A stretch of DNA of 64,000 nucleotides. It comes from Chloroflexota bacterium (GTDB lineage Bacteria; Chloroflexota; Limnocylindria; Limnocylindrales; CSP1-4). Each line of letters begins with the position of its first letter. Position 1 is the stretch's first letter. Shown piece after piece: positions 40,311 to 51,510 of this stretch. The notes below the pieces were generated by a model that was given only the letters and a program-made list of their open reading frames with translations, did not search any database and was not told the DNA's origin. The position numbers and the translations under genes are program-made. The stretch spans positions 2,815-66,814 of the forward strand of contig JAJYGH010000041.1 of the NCBI GenBank assembly GCA_021785175.1, written 5' to 3'.

Positions 40311-40737
40311 ATTCGCTATCGCGCCGCAGCGAGAAGGAATGCGGCCAGGAGCGAGACCACGCTGACGGTGATCTCCAGGACGTACATGGAACGGTCTCGC
40401 TGCTCCGACGGTTCGCGTTCGAGCGGCGGAAACCGAGCTTCCATGACGTCCTCCCTGTCCGTGTCCCGTTGGCCGGCCTCCCGGCGGGGCCCGTTCACCG
40501 CCTTTCCGGCGACTCCCAGACGATATGGGCTGCCCTGTCCATGGCCCGCGCACTCGGGCGAGGCGATCCTCACACGTGCGTTACGCGGTTCGCCACCATC
40601 GGATTCTTCAACCAGGCGTCGTCGATCGGCTCGCCGACCGCAACCCACCTGCAAGCCGTGCGCGACGGGCTGGCGTCGCCGCCACGGCCGTCCTCGGATA
40701 GCGTTGGTGGCTGAATGCACTGGTCCCGGAGGTCACC

Positions 40738-41292
40738 TTGCCCCACGTCGTCATCGAACTCGGTGCGCTCGTCGAGCCTCGCGGACAGGAGGCGGACTCG
40801 GGTCCTGAGCAGGATGCGCTGATCCTCCGGCCGACGACGGGCGAGGCGCTGGAACGCCTCGAGCTCCTGTCGCGGCCGATCGTGCTGGCCGGCACGATGG
40901 CCGGTGGCCACCCCCTCCCCGGGGACGAGGAGGAGCGGGTATGGCTGGTGCGGGACCTGCTCGGCCTGCCCGACCTCCGCGTTGTCTGCTGGGAGATGGC
41001 GAGCGAACGGCCGGAGGGGCCGCACGAGACGGTCTGGGGGCCACGACCCGAGGATCCGGCCCGGCTGGCCGCGGAGCTGCGGCCGCATGGCGAGCCGGGA
41101 TTCCTCATCGTCGACGCCGACGCGGACATCGTCGGATGGCGCCCGATCGGGCTCCAGATCGTCAGGCTCGGGCCCCCGCCGAACTCGCCGCTTGCCGCCC
41201 TCCACCGGCCCGACCACGACGCGCGCGACCTCCGCGACGCGGCGAACTGGATCCTGTTGCAGGACACGTTCGAAGGCCAGGTCGCCCTCTAG
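40738..41292 (+). CDS. Hypothetical protein (184 aa, acidic)
   Basis: TTG start with a GGAGG RBS 6 nt upstream. High GC3 and normal composition. No family recognised. Confidence 0.4.
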   Translation: MPHVVIELGALVEPRGQEADSGPEQDALILRPTTGEALERLELLSRPIVLAGTMAGGHPLPGDEEERVWLVRDLLGLPDLRVVCWEMASERPEGPHETVWGPRPEDPARLAAELRPHGEPGFLIVDADADIVGWRPIGLQIVRLGPPPNSPLAALHRPDHDARDLRDAANWILLQDTFEGQVAL

Positions 41293-41512
41293 CGCCGCTC
41301 GCCGGGCCGACCGTACGCGCGATCGACGCGGTCCGCGGCCGACGCTCCATCGCGATCGGCGCCACCGTTGCCATCCGCTTGGTGCACTGCCGATCGGCGC
41401 GCCCGTCGCCATCCGCGATCCGACTGCAACGGGCACTCCCCGGCGTCCTGCCGGGGCGGAGAACAGTGCCCCGTAGCGTGGCCTCTCATCACGAGACAAG
41501 GGAGGTGTCTGC

Positions 41513-42178
41513 ATGGCCCGGGTCACCGAAACGATCGACGTCAACGTCCCGGTCAACACTGCGTACAACCAGTGGACCCAGTTCGAGAGCTTCCCGCAGT
41601 TCATGGACGGCGTGGAGCAGGTCACGCAGCTCAGTGACACGCGGCTTCACTGGAAGGCCGACGTGGGCGGGAAGACGAAGGAGTGGGACGCCGAGATCAC
41701 GGAACAGACGCCGGATCAGCGGATCGCCTGGACGAGCACGACCGGCGCGCGCAACGCCGGCGTCGTCACGTTCCAGTCGCTCGGCGGCGATCGCACGCGC
41801 GTCCAGCTGCAGATGGACGTCGAGCCCGACGGGCCGGTGGAGAGCGCTGGCGTGGCCCTGGGCGCGCTCCAGCGGCAGGTGAAGGGCGACCTCGAGAAGT
41901 TCAAGGGCTTCATCGAGAGCCGCGGGCAGCCCACCGGCGCGTGGCGCGGCGAGATCCACGGCGGTGAGACGACGAACACGGCGTCCGGCTCGACCGGCTC
42001 CGCGAGCTCCGGCCTGGACTACGCGTCGGGCACCGGGACCGGCGGGACGCGATCGACGGGCGGCACGGGCGCCGGGGGTGACGACGGCATCGGCGGTGAC
42101 CACGGCACGGGCGCGACCAGCGCCGACACGAGCGGCGGAACGGCCGGTTCGGGTGGCACCGAGACGGGTCCGCGTTGA
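41513..42178 (+). CDS. SRPBCC (polyketide cyclase/dehydrase-like) protein with Gly/Thr/Ser-rich tail
   Basis: AAGGGAGG RBS. The N-terminal 140 aa matches the SRPBCC pattern (IDVNVPVNTAYNQWTQFESFPQFM...RLHWKADVGGKTKEWDAEI). The C-terminal 80 aa is low-complexity G/T/S. Confidence 0.75.
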   Translation: MARVTETIDVNVPVNTAYNQWTQFESFPQFMDGVEQVTQLSDTRLHWKADVGGKTKEWDAEITEQTPDQRIAWTSTTGARNAGVVTFQSLGGDRTRVQLQMDVEPDGPVESAGVALGALQRQVKGDLEKFKGFIESRGQPTGAWRGEIHGGETTNTASGSTGSASSGLDYASGTGTGGTRSTGGTGAGGDDGIGGDHGTGATSADTSGGTAGSGGTETGPR

Positions 42179-42221
42179 TCGGCCACGAGCCTGCCTTCCC
42201 GCGCCGACCGCCGGGGGAGCG

Positions 42222-43970
42222 TCAGGACGCCGGCACCTCGAGCACGATCGTCGTGCGGGGCGGGAGCAGGATCGCGTCGGAGGCCGACGGTGCGACCGGC
42301 AGCGTCTCGCCCCACGCGAGCAGCACGGACACATCGGCCGCCCTGGAGACGGGGACCTCGCGCGGTTCCCGCGAGAGGTTGCACGCGAGGGAGACGTGCC
42401 CGCGCGTGACCACGATCCACTCCCTCGCCTGGTCCTCGTCGACCCGGAGACCGGCATGCCGGCCTGCGGCGAGTTCGGGCCGTGCCCGGCGGAGCCCCAG
42501 CAGCGACCGGTACCACTCGAACATCCGTCGCCCGCGCGGCGTCGCGAGCTCCGTCCAGGCGAGCGTCGATCGCTCGAACGTCTCCGCATCCTGCGGGTCC
42601 GGGATCTGCCCGACGGGGATTTCCTCGTCCGCGAACTCCGATCGGCGGCCGTTCCGGATCGCCTCCGCGAGTTCGGCGGGGTGGTCGGTGAAGTACAGGA
42701 ACGGCGTGCCCGCGGCCCACTCCTCGCCCATGAACAGCAGCGGCACGAACGGCGAGAGCAGGAGCAGGGCGGCCGCCGCCGCGAGCAGGTCGTCGTCGAC
42801 CAGCATCGAGAGCCGTTCGCCCGCCGCCCGATTTCCAGCCTGGTCGTGGTTCTGCAGGAACGCGATGAACCGCGAGGCGGGAAGATCCGCCGCGGAACGT
42901 CCGTGCCGGCGGCCCCGGAACGCGGACGGGCGCTCGTCGTACACCCAGTTCGCGGACAGGGCGCGCGCGAAGTCGTCGAGGCCTTCGAAGTCGGCGTAGT
43001 GGCGGTGCCGCTCCGCGGTCAGCGCGACGTGCAGCGCGTGGTGGACGTCGTCGTTCCAGACGGCCGTGAGCCCGTACCCGCCGGCCTCGCGCGATCGCAC
43101 GAGCCGTGGGTCGTTCAGGTCGCCCTCGGCGATGAGCGCGAGCGGGCGGGCGAGGTGAGCCTCGAGCGCCTCGACCTCGCGCGACAGCTGCTCGAGGAGG
43201 TGCACGGCCGACGTGTCGAGGATCGCGTGGACGGCGTCGAGCCGGAGGCCGTCCACGTGGTAGTCGCGGAACCACATCGCCACGTTGTCGCCGATGAACC
43301 GACGGACCTCGTCGCTGCCCCTGCCGTCGAGGTTCATCGCGCCGCCCCATGGCGTGACGTAGCGGTCGGTCAGGTACGGTCCGAACCGGGGCAGGTAGTT
43401 CGCCGTGGGCCCGAGGTGGTTGTAGACGACGTCGAGCACGACGGCGAGCCCGCGGGCGTGGCATGCGTCGATGAGCCGCTTCAGCCCCTCGGGACCTCCG
43501 TACGCCTGATGCGGGGCATACAGCAGCACCCCGTCGTAGCCCCACCCTCGATCGCCGGCGAACTCGTTGACCGGCATGAGCTCGACGTGGGTGACGCCGA
43601 GGTCGACGAGATGATCGAGCCGTTCGACCGCGGCGTCGAAGGTCCCCTCGGCTGTGAACGTCCCGACGTGCAGCTCGTAGAGCACGGCCGACGCGATGGG
43701 CGGCGGCCGCCACCCCCGGTCGGTCCACCCGAACGCCCGGTGATCGAGCGTGCGCGAGGGGCCGGACACGCCGGCGGGCTGCCACGGCGACCGCGGATCG
43801 GGGAAGGGCCCGTCGCCGTCGAGCACGTATCCGTAGTCGACGCCCGGGCTCTCGCCCGGCACGTCGACCTGCCACCAGCCGTCCGCGGCCGGCTCCATCG
43901 GCACGCGCTCGTCCTCGAGGTCGAGCTCGACGCGTTCCGGGATCGGCGCCCACACCCGGAACGTGGTCAT
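42222..43970 (-). CDS. treZ: Malto-oligosyltrehalose trehalohydrolase
   Basis: [31 protein letters not shown] and DGLRLDAVHA (GH13) motifs. The start at 43970 overlaps the treY stop (ATGA). The upstream 150 codons of the track ORF are an alternate frame over treY. Confidence 0.9.
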   Translation of the reverse strand: MTTFRVWAPIPERVELDLEDERVPMEPAADGWWQVDVPGESPGVDYGYVLDGDGPFPDPRSPWQPAGVSGPSRTLDHRAFGWTDRGWRPPPIASAVLYELHVGTFTAEGTFDAAVERLDHLVDLGVTHVELMPVNEFAGDRGWGYDGVLLYAPHQAYGGPEGLKRLIDACHARGLAVVLDVVYNHLGPTANYLPRFGPYLTDRYVTPWGGAMNLDGRGSDEVRRFIGDNVAMWFRDYHVDGLRLDAVHAILDTSAVHLLEQLSREVEALEAHLARPLALIAEGDLNDPRLVRSREAGGYGLTAVWNDDVHHALHVALTAERHRHYADFEGLDDFARALSANWVYDERPSAFRGRRHGRSAADLPASRFIAFLQNHDQAGNRAAGERLSMLVDDDLLAAAAALLLLSPFVPLLFMGEEWAAGTPFLYFTDHPAELAEAIRNGRRSEFADEEIPVGQIPDPQDAETFERSTLAWTELATPRGRRMFEWYRSLLGLRRARPELAAGRHAGLRVDEDQAREWIVVTRGHVSLACNLSREPREVPVSRAADVSVLLAWGETLPVAPSASDAILLPPRTTIVLEVPAS

Positions 43971-46639
43971 GCGCCGGTCCGGTCGAGGAGCGCGACGGGG
44001 AACCGCCCGAGCAGCTCGGTCATGGGCCGCGGGCCCCCCGGCTGCTCGGTCCCCGTGAGCACGTCCCGCCAGCGCCCCGCCGGCAGCTCGAGCTCCGTGT
44101 CCCGCCAGTCGCCGCCGAGCCCGTGCACGAGCCGTGGCGCGACCGTGACCGTGGTCTCGCCGCGCGAGAACGCCACGACGTGGGCGGCCCGCGCGCCCTT
44201 CGCGTTGAGCGGCGCGTACACGCCGCGGGGTCCGAACGCCTCCGCCCGGTCTCGGCGGAGGCGGAGCGCCTGCCGGATCACCCAGAGCTTCGGCGCGCCG
44301 TCGTCCTCGCGCGCCATGATCTCCTCCGGCGAGCACCCGTCGCCGAGCCAGGCCAGCAGTTCCCGCCGCCGGTCCCAGTCGACCGGGCGTCGATTGTCCG
44401 GGTCGACCAGGCTCAGGTCCCACAGCTCGCATCCCTGGTAGATGTCGGGGATGCCGGGCGCTGTGAGCTTGAGGAGCGTCTGCGCAAGCGAGTTGACTCG
44501 CCCGAGGCGGACGAGCGGCGCGACGAACGCCCCCATGTCGGCGCGGAAGTCGTCGTCGCCGAGGATCCCCAGCACGAACGCGGTCAGCGCGGACTCATAC
44601 GTCGCGTTGACGTCGATCCACGACGTGTGGACCCTGGCCTCGCGGGCGGCCTTCGTCACGTACGCGAGCATCCGTTCGGTCTCGATGGGCCACGCCCCGA
44701 CGAGCGTCTGGTAGATCAGGTACTCCATGTTCCGGTCCGGCTCGCCGTCGCGCCGGTGGCGCTCGTTCATGCCGCGCCAGCGCCGGACGGCATCGCCCCA
44801 CGCCTCCGGCATCTCGGACAGCAGCGAGATGCGCGCGCGGACGTCCTCGCTGCGCTTGGTGTCGTGCGTGGACGTGGTCAGCATCGCGAGCGGCCGCCGC
44901 TGGCGCATCTCGACGCACCGCGCGTGGAACGCGTCGAGCGACCTGCCGAACAGCGCGGGATCGCAGCCCACCTCGTTGAGCGAGAGGAGACGGAGGTACC
45001 GGTAGAACGCCGTGTCCTCGACGCCCTTCGCCATGACGGCGCTGCTGAGCTGCTGGAAGCGCATGACGAACTCGGCCTCGCGCTCGCCGGTCAGGCGCAG
45101 CGTGAGCAAGTCGGCGATGAAGTCGAAGAGATCCTCGCCCAGGTCCGCGCGGCGCGCCCGGGCGGCGGCGATTGCGTCGTTGACGTAGCGCACGTCGGCG
45201 TCGTCCATCTGTCCCGCGTCGGCTCGGACGTACGTGCGGTATACCGGGAACGCGGCGAGGATCTCGCGCAGCGTGCTGAAGAGCTGGTGGCGCGTGTAGT
45301 CACGGTGCCGGCGGTGTCCCTCGGCGACGTCCGACAGGAGCGCGGTCAGCCGGTTCAGGTCGCTCCCGAGCGTCTGCGACAGCACGAGGTACCGCGTCTC
45401 GTGCGTGATCTCGTGGTAGTCGAGCCGCTCGCCGACGAAGTCCGCGTACACGTCCGACAGCGGCCCCTCTCCGTCCCCGTCGATGAACAGTCCGCCCACC
45501 AGTTCGAGGAAGTCGTAGCCCGTCGTGCCCTGCACCGGCCAGCGCTCCCGCAGCCGCTCGCCGGGCTCGAGGATCTTCTCCACCACGATCCACGCGTGCG
45601 GGGCCGCAGCGCGCAGTCGCTCGAGGTACTGCTGCGGATCGCGCAGCCCGTCGGGGTGGTCCACGCGCATCCCGTCGACCACCTCCGACTCGGCCCACGA
45701 CAGCACGAGCTCGTGCGTCTCGCGGAACACGCGCTCGCGTTCCTGGCGCAGCCCCACGAGCGTGTCGACGTCGAAGAAGCGGCGGTGGGAGACGTTGCTG
45801 CCGGCCGTGCGCCAGAACGCGAGCCGGTAGTTCTGACGCGACAGGAGGTCGTCGAGCGCGTCGGCGTCGGCGTTGATCCGCGCCACGACCTCGTCGATCG
45901 CCGCAGCGGTCTGCGGCTCGTCGCGGGCGAGGTCCTCGAGCAGCCCGCGGGCGATCTCCTTGTCCCGGTGGCGGCGGTCGATGCTCGCGTCGTCCACCTC
46001 GTTCGAGGGCGGGAGGCCGGCGAGTACGTCGGCGATGAACGCGAGCCGGTCCGATCCGCTCGCGGCGGCGGCCTCGCCCAGCAGGCGGTCCAGCGAACGC
46101 GGTGCGACCGGGAAGACGTGCTCGGCGTAGCGGACGTCGAACCGGCCGCCGGTTCGTTCCAGCCGCAGCCGGCCGTCTTCCAGGACGCGGCCGTAGTGGT
46201 CGCTGAGGACGGGGAGCAGCACGACGTCGCGGAGCCGCTCCTCGGGGGCATGCCACTCCACGTCGAAGTACCGCGCGTAGCGGCTCGCCTGCCCGTTCTC
46301 CAGGACGTCCCACCACCACGGGTTCTCGGCACCCGTGATCGCCATGTGGTTCGGGACGAGGTCGATGACATGCCCGAGGCCCTGCTCGTGCAGGCGAGCA
46401 ACCATCCGTTCCTGCTCCTCCGCGCCGCCGAGTTCCCGGTTCACCCGGCGTGGGTCGACCACGTCGTACCCGTGCCTGCTGCCCGGCGCCGCCTGCAGGT
46501 ACGGCGAGGTGTACAGGTGGCTGACGCCGAGGGCGGCGAAGTAGTCGGCCAGGCCGGCCGCCGCGTCGAACCCGGCGTCCGGGGTGAGCTGCAGCCGGTA
46601 GGTCGCCCGGAGCGGCGGTCCGCTCAGTTCAATCGACAC
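43967..46639 (-). CDS. treY: Malto-oligosyltrehalose synthase
   Basis: [24 protein letters not shown] and [12 protein letters not shown] signatures. 890 aa. Confidence 0.9.
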   Translation of the reverse strand: MSIELSGPPLRATYRLQLTPDAGFDAAAGLADYFAALGVSHLYTSPYLQAAPGSRHGYDVVDPRRVNRELGGAEEQERMVARLHEQGLGHVIDLVPNHMAITGAENPWWWDVLENGQASRYARYFDVEWHAPEERLRDVVLLPVLSDHYGRVLEDGRLRLERTGGRFDVRYAEHVFPVAPRSLDRLLGEAAAASGSDRLAFIADVLAGLPPSNEVDDASIDRRHRDKEIARGLLEDLARDEPQTAAAIDEVVARINADADALDDLLSRQNYRLAFWRTAGSNVSHRRFFDVDTLVGLRQERERVFRETHELVLSWAESEVVDGMRVDHPDGLRDPQQYLERLRAAAPHAWIVVEKILEPGERLRERWPVQGTTGYDFLELVGGLFIDGDGEGPLSDVYADFVGERLDYHEITHETRYLVLSQTLGSDLNRLTALLSDVAEGHRRHRDYTRHQLFSTLREILAAFPVYRTYVRADAGQMDDADVRYVNDAIAAARARRADLGEDLFDFIADLLTLRLTGEREAEFVMRFQQLSSAVMAKGVEDTAFYRYLRLLSLNEVGCDPALFGRSLDAFHARCVEMRQRRPLAMLTTSTHDTKRSEDVRARISLLSEMPEAWGDAVRRWRGMNERHRRDGEPDRNMEYLIYQTLVGAWPIETERMLAYVTKAAREARVHTSWIDVNATYESALTAFVLGILGDDDFRADMGAFVAPLVRLGRVNSLAQTLLKLTAPGIPDIYQGCELWDLSLVDPDNRRPVDWDRRRELLAWLGDGCSPEEIMAREDDGAPKLWVIRQALRLRRDRAEAFGPRGVYAPLNAKGARAAHVVAFSRGETTVTVAPRLVHGLGGDWRDTELELPAGRWRDVLTGTEQPGGPRPMTELLGRFPVALLDRTGA

Positions 46640-48908
46640 GCCGGAGCACCAGCAGCGACCGCTGCGGCAGCCTCACGGTCGAGTCGGCACGGTACTCGAC
46701 TCCGGGTTGCGCGAGGTGGTCCGTGTCCAGCTGGACCTCCCAGCAGTCGCCGAGCACCGGCGGCAGCCGGAACTCGACCGCGTCCTCGTGGGCATTCAGG
46801 AGCACGTAGAACGAATCATCCACGATCCGCTCGCCCCGGCTCCCGCGGCTGGCAATCGCCTCGCCGTTCAGGAACACGCCGAGCGAGTCCCGCGACGGCT
46901 CGTTCCAATCGGCGTCGGTCATCTCCTCGCCGGATGCCTTGAACCAGGCGATGTCGCGGTTCGCCGACCCGCGGACCGCACGGCCCTCGAACCACCGACG
47001 CTGGTGGAACACGGGGTGGTCGCGCCGCAACCGGATCAGGCGGCGCGTGAACTCGAGCAGGTCGAGGTCCGCGTGCTCCCAGTCGATCCATGAGATCTCG
47101 TTGTCCTGGCAGTACGCGTTGTTGTTCCCGTACTGCGTGCGGCCCAGCTCGTCGCCGTGGAGCAGCATGGGGACGCCCTGCGAGAGGAACAGCGTCGCGA
47201 GGAGATTGCGCACCTGCTGCTCCCGGCACGTCACGACCGACGGGTCGGCTGACGGGCCTTCGGCGCCGCAGTTCCACGAGCGGTTGTCGTCGGTGCCGTC
47301 GCGGTTGCCCTCGAGGTTCGCCTCGTTGTGCTTCCGGTTGTACGACACGAGGTCGTGCAGGGTGAACCCGTCGTGCGCTGTCACGAAGTTGATGCTGGCG
47401 AACGGCCGGCGCCCCGTGGACTCGTACAGGTCGGAGCTGCCCGTGAGGCGGTATCCGAAGTCGCCCATGCTCGCGCTCGACGTGTCCCAGAGCGAGCGGA
47501 CGGTGTCGCGGTACCGACCGTTCCACTCCGACCAGCGCGTCGGGAAGTTGCCGACCTGGTAGCCGCCCTCACCGACGTCCCACGGCTCGGCGATGAGTTT
47601 GACCTGGCTCAGCACCGGATCCTGCTGGACGAGGTCGAAGAACGCCGACAGCCGGTCCACGGCGTGCAGCTCGCGCGCGAGCGTCGCCGCGAGATCGAAG
47701 CGAAAGCCGTCGACGTGCATCTCGAGCACCCAGTACCGCAGGCTGTCCATGACGAGCTGGAGCGCGTGCGGATGGCGCATGTTGAGGCTGTTGCCGGTGC
47801 CGGTGAAGTCCGTGTAGTAGCGGGGATCCGGCTCGAGCCGGTAATACGCGGCGTTGTCGATGCCGCGGAACGAGAGCGTCGGGCCCAGGTGGTTCCCCTC
47901 GGCCGTGTGGTTGTAGACGACGTCGAGGATGACCTCGATGCCCGCGGAGTGCAGGGCCCGGACCATCCGCTTGAAGTCGCCGACCTGCCCGCCCTGCTCG
48001 CCGGCGCTGCTGTACTCGTTGTGCGGCGCGAGGAACCCGATCGAGTTGTAGCCCCAGTAGTTGAGAAGGGCCTTCTCGAGGAGGTGCTGGTCATGGATGA
48101 ACTGGTGGACGGGCAGCAGCTCGACGGTCGTGATGCCGAGCTGCAGCAGGTGATCGATGACCGCGGGATGGGCCATCCCGGCGTACGTCCCGCGGAGATC
48201 GGGCTCCACCGCGGGGTGGAGCTTCGTCATGCCCTTGACGTGCGCCTCGTAGATGACGGTCTCGTGGAACGGCGTCCGTGGCGGCTTGTCGTCGCCCCAG
48301 GTGAAGGCCGGGTCCACGACGATGCTGCGTGGCACGAACGGGGCGCTGTCGGCGGGGCTCTTCGCGTCGGGGTCGTCGAAGCGGTGGCCGAACACGGCGG
48401 GGTTCCACCTGACGTGCCCCTCGATCGCCTTCGCGTAAGGGTCGAGCAGCAGCTTGGAGGGGTTGCAGCGCTGTCCTCGCGCCGGGTCCCAGGGACCGTG
48501 GACGCGATAGCCGTAGCGCCGGCCGGGCATGACCGACGGGAGGTAGCCGTGCCAGACGAAGCCGGTCGTCTCCGGGAGCTCGATGCGCGTCTCGGCACCC
48601 GCGTCGTCGAACAGGCAGAGCTCGATGCACTCGGCGACCTCCGAGAACAGCGCGAAGTTCGTGCCCTCGCCGTTGAACGACGCGCCGAGCGGATAGGGCT
48701 CGCCCGGCCACAGACTCAGCGCGTGAGCGCGCGCCCGCGCAGCATCCGGCGTCGCCGGCGCCGCGGCCGATGCCGCCATCGCCGCGGCGGCGGACGGCGA
48801 ACCAGGGCTCGAGCGTGTTCCGCCGGGTGTCTCTGCGGTCGTGGCGTTGCCTCCCGCCCGGTCTGCGGTCGCGCCGGCGACGTCTGCCGCGGTTGACGGT
48901 CCTGCCAT
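46629..48908 (-). CDS. glgX: Glycogen debranching enzyme GlgX/TreX
   Basis: [44 protein letters not shown] and [10 protein letters not shown] motifs. The real start is probably an internal Met near 48782 (MAASAAAP...). The 3' end overlaps the treY start by 11 nt. Confidence 0.9.
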   Translation of the reverse strand: MAGPSTAADVAGATADRAGGNATTAETPGGTRSSPGSPSAAAAMAASAAAPATPDAARARAHALSLWPGEPYPLGASFNGEGTNFALFSEVAECIELCLFDDAGAETRIELPETTGFVWHGYLPSVMPGRRYGYRVHGPWDPARGQRCNPSKLLLDPYAKAIEGHVRWNPAVFGHRFDDPDAKSPADSAPFVPRSIVVDPAFTWGDDKPPRTPFHETVIYEAHVKGMTKLHPAVEPDLRGTYAGMAHPAVIDHLLQLGITTVELLPVHQFIHDQHLLEKALLNYWGYNSIGFLAPHNEYSSAGEQGGQVGDFKRMVRALHSAGIEVILDVVYNHTAEGNHLGPTLSFRGIDNAAYYRLEPDPRYYTDFTGTGNSLNMRHPHALQLVMDSLRYWVLEMHVDGFRFDLAATLARELHAVDRLSAFFDLVQQDPVLSQVKLIAEPWDVGEGGYQVGNFPTRWSEWNGRYRDTVRSLWDTSSASMGDFGYRLTGSSDLYESTGRRPFASINFVTAHDGFTLHDLVSYNRKHNEANLEGNRDGTDDNRSWNCGAEGPSADPSVVTCREQQVRNLLATLFLSQGVPMLLHGDELGRTQYGNNNAYCQDNEISWIDWEHADLDLLEFTRRLIRLRRDHPVFHQRRWFEGRAVRGSANRDIAWFKASGEEMTDADWNEPSRDSLGVFLNGEAIASRGSRGERIVDDSFYVLLNAHEDAVEFRLPPVLGDCWEVQLDTDHLAQPGVEYRADSTVRLPQRSLLVLRRVD

Positions 48909-48922
48909 CCCGGCGTTCGATG

Positions 48923-49279
48923 TCAGTGGAGGCGCATGCGGGGCTGCTGCGACTGCCGCTCGTTGACGAGATACGAGCCCATGACGATGGCGGGAATCAG
49001 CGCGAGGAGGACGAGCAGCCGGTTCGAGCCGCTGATGAGGAGCCCGAGCGCCGTGCCGAGCGAGAGCGCGGAACCCACCGCGAGGCCCTCGAAGGACATG
49101 GAGCCCATCTGGGCCTGGACCTGGCGGGCGGCATCGCCCGCACTCGAGGCGGCCCCCGGCACCGCGTTCGCGAGGTCGCTCGCCGTGCTGCGGGCCTGCT
49201 GGAGCGCGTCCGAGGCGTTGGGCGTCGAGTTCGTGTCGGGCGTCACCTGGTCGTCGAATTCGTCGGTGTGCTTCGCCAT
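48923..49279 (-). CDS. Hypothetical small membrane protein (118 aa, 2 TM)
   Basis: GGAGATGGAGG RBS upstream of the ATG at 49279. Hydrophilic N-terminus, then [19 protein letters not shown] and [18 protein letters not shown]. The upstream part of the track ORF is an artefact. Confidence 0.4.
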   Translation of the reverse strand: MAKHTDEFDDQVTPDTNSTPNASDALQQARSTASDLANAVPGAASSAGDAARQVQAQMGSMSFEGLAVGSALSLGTALGLLISGSNRLLVLLALIPAIVMGSYLVNERQSQQPRMRLH

Positions 49280-49623
49280 CCCGTGACCTCCATCTCCGGC
49301 GCGCAGCTCGCCGTGAACGCGAGGCGCAGCCTTCAGTACTTTCGCAGATCCTCGGTCGTCAACCCGACGGCGCGCTGCCTCGTGCGGGTTGCAGTCCCGT
49401 GTCGGCGGGCCTGCGGAGCCGGGCGATCCGGCGACATGGGTGGCACGGGCGGGACGCCCGCCAGACGACGCCGGTCGCCTCAGCGCTGGCCGCCTCGACG
49501 CCGGTCGCCAGACGACGCCGGCCGCCTCGACGCCGGTCTCCTCGATGTTGGCCGCAGTGAGGCGCCCCAGCGCCCGTCGTGCGCGGGCCGCGGCGCGATG
49601 ACGGTCATGCGCCGGAGCGCGCG

Positions 49624-50505
49624 TCATGCGCGGCGTGGTGGCCGCGCCGCCGCCTCCCGCGGTCGATAGCCCAGCCCCGTCGACACCGCGAGCCCGGCCC
49701 GCGTCGTCTCGTACGCAAGCCGGCGCACCGCGTCACGCGTGAACCTCGAGGCCGGTCCGGCCAGGCCGACGGCCGCGACGACGCGTCCCTGCGCGTCCCG
49801 GACCGGGCTTGCCACGGACACGAGGCCCACTTCGAGCTCGTGCCGGCTCTCCGCCCAGCCTCGGGAACGCACCTTCGCCAGCTCCTCCTCGAGCCGCCCC
49901 CGGTCGGAGATCGAGTGAGGGGTCAGGGTCTCGAGGTCGCGGCCCGCGAGCAGCGATGCCCGCTCGGCGAGGGGAAGGTACGCGAGGAGCACCTTGCCGG
50001 CGCTCGTCACGTGAGCGGGGTGCCGGTGGCCCAGCCGCGTGACCAGCCGGAGCAGCCCGGGCGTCTCGCGCCGCTCCACGGCCACCACGTCGCGACCGTC
50101 GAGCACCGCCACGTGCGCCATCTCGCCCGTCCGGTCATGAAGCTCGTCGAGCGCCGCGAGCGAGATCGCGTGGAGCTCGGCCCGGGACGGCACGATCTCA
50201 CCGAGCTCGTAGAGCCGGACACCGAGACGGTAGCGGCCGTGCCCCTCTGCGCGCTCGACCAGGCCGGCGTTCACGAGCGCCGTGAGCAGGCGGTGGACGC
50301 TGCTCTTGGGCAGCTCGAGGCGGCGCGCGAGGTCGGTGACGCCGAGATCCCGTTCCCCGGGCGCGAAGGCCTCGAGCAGGCGGGCGGCATTCCGGACCGT
50401 CGACAGCGTGGAATCGTCCCGCGCCGGTGGGACGCCGGCCTCGCCGCGGTCGTCGTCGGCCGGCGTCATCAGCACTCGCGGTGCCCTGTTCGGTTCAGAC
50501 GGCAT
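49624..50505 (-). CDS. IclR-family transcriptional regulator
   Basis: Helix-turn-helix (LGVTDLARRLELPKSSVHRLLTALV) and an IclR effector domain (AHVAVLDGRDVVAVER...GHRHPAHVTSAGKVLLAY...LAGPASRF). The start is Met 50505 or 50469. Confidence 0.75.
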   Translation of the reverse strand: MPSEPNRAPRVLMTPADDDRGEAGVPPARDDSTLSTVRNAARLLEAFAPGERDLGVTDLARRLELPKSSVHRLLTALVNAGLVERAEGHGRYRLGVRLYELGEIVPSRAELHAISLAALDELHDRTGEMAHVAVLDGRDVVAVERRETPGLLRLVTRLGHRHPAHVTSAGKVLLAYLPLAERASLLAGRDLETLTPHSISDRGRLEEELAKVRSRGWAESRHELEVGLVSVASPVRDAQGRVVAAVGLAGPASRFTRDAVRRLAYETTRAGLAVSTGLGYRPREAAARPPRRA

Positions 50506-50805
50506 GGTCCCTCGCGTCGGTGCCATCGCCTTCGGCGGCGCGTCTCGTCTCTCGTCAGTAAACCATCGCGCGCCGTCGGGCGCTCTCGTTCCGCTCGACG
50601 GAACGAGAGCGTGTCCCCAACGCTCTTTCCCGCGGATCGGCGGCACGAGGGAAGTGTGTCGCAGACCCGTTGCAGCCCTCGACACCTCGCTGCAAGACGG
50701 GCCGCGCGCGACATCGACGAGCAGCGCGTGGTTGCCGCGTGCCTGGGCCGATCGGATCGGAGCGACCAGCGGCGCGACGACTGCGACGCGCACGGGGACC
50801 GCCCG

Positions 50806-51510
50806 TCAGCGCGGCTGCGCGCCCGCGAGCGCGAGCTGTGCGAGGAACTCGGAACGCAGCCGCTCGTCCTGCTCGTACGCGCCGCGCCAGGTCAGGGTGC
50901 GCGTCACGGCCTCGGCCTCCGAGACGCCGCGCATGCGCGTGCACATGTGCGCCGCGGCGATCGAGACGGCTGCGCCCCGGGCCCCGCTCGCCTCGACCAC
51001 GGCGGCCGCCACCTGCTGCCCGACGCGCTCCTGGACGGTGAAACGTGCGGCGAAGAGGCGGACGATCCGCGTGAGCTTCGAGATCCCGAGGATCCGGTCC
51101 GCCGGGACGTAGCCGACCCATGCGTCGCCGGTGAACGGCAGCGCGTGGTGCTCGCAGAGGGCATGCAGGCGGATGGGGCCTTCGACGACCTGGTCCAGGC
51201 CGGCCGGCCGACGCCGTCGCCGTTCGGTCGGGAACAGCGTGACGGCCTTCGGGTCGCCCTCGTATCCGTGCGTCGCCTCCTCGATCGCCGACAGGAAGCG
51301 CTGCGGGGTCCGCCGCGTCCCGGGCGTGTCGAGCGGCATCCCGAGCGACTCGAGGATCTCCGCGATCCACCGCTCGTAGCGTGCGCGCTGCTCGTCGGTC
51401 AGTTGCCGGTGGCGGGCATCCTGCCACGCCGGCACCAGGTCCCGCGGCTCGTGTCCGCCGCGAATCAGGTCGAGCCGCGCCGCGGCTTGTTCGTCTCGTG
51501 CGTCCTGCAT
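50806..51510 (-). CDS. folE: GTP cyclohydrolase I
   Basis: HALCEHHALPF, KLTRIVRLFAARFTVQERVGQQVA and VSIAAAHMCTRMRGV motifs. 234 aa from the internal Met; the track ORF is extended 5' by an artefact. Confidence 0.85.
   Translation of the reverse strand: MQDARDEQAAARLDLIRGGHEPRDLVPAWQDARHRQLTDEQRARYERWIAEILESLGMPLDTPGTRRTPQRFLSAIEEATHGYEGDPKAVTLFPTERRRRRPAGLDQVVEGPIRLHALCEHHALPFTGDAWVGYVPADRILGISKLTRIVRLFAARFTVQERVGQQVAAAVVEASGARGAAVSIAAAHMCTRMRGVSEAEAVTRTLTWRGAYEQDERLRSEFLAQLALAGAQPR

Noticed and set aside
42019-43953. 644-aa minus-strand ORF overlapping treZ
   Set aside because: It is an alternate frame. The treZ frame (42222..43970) carries the GH13 motifs.
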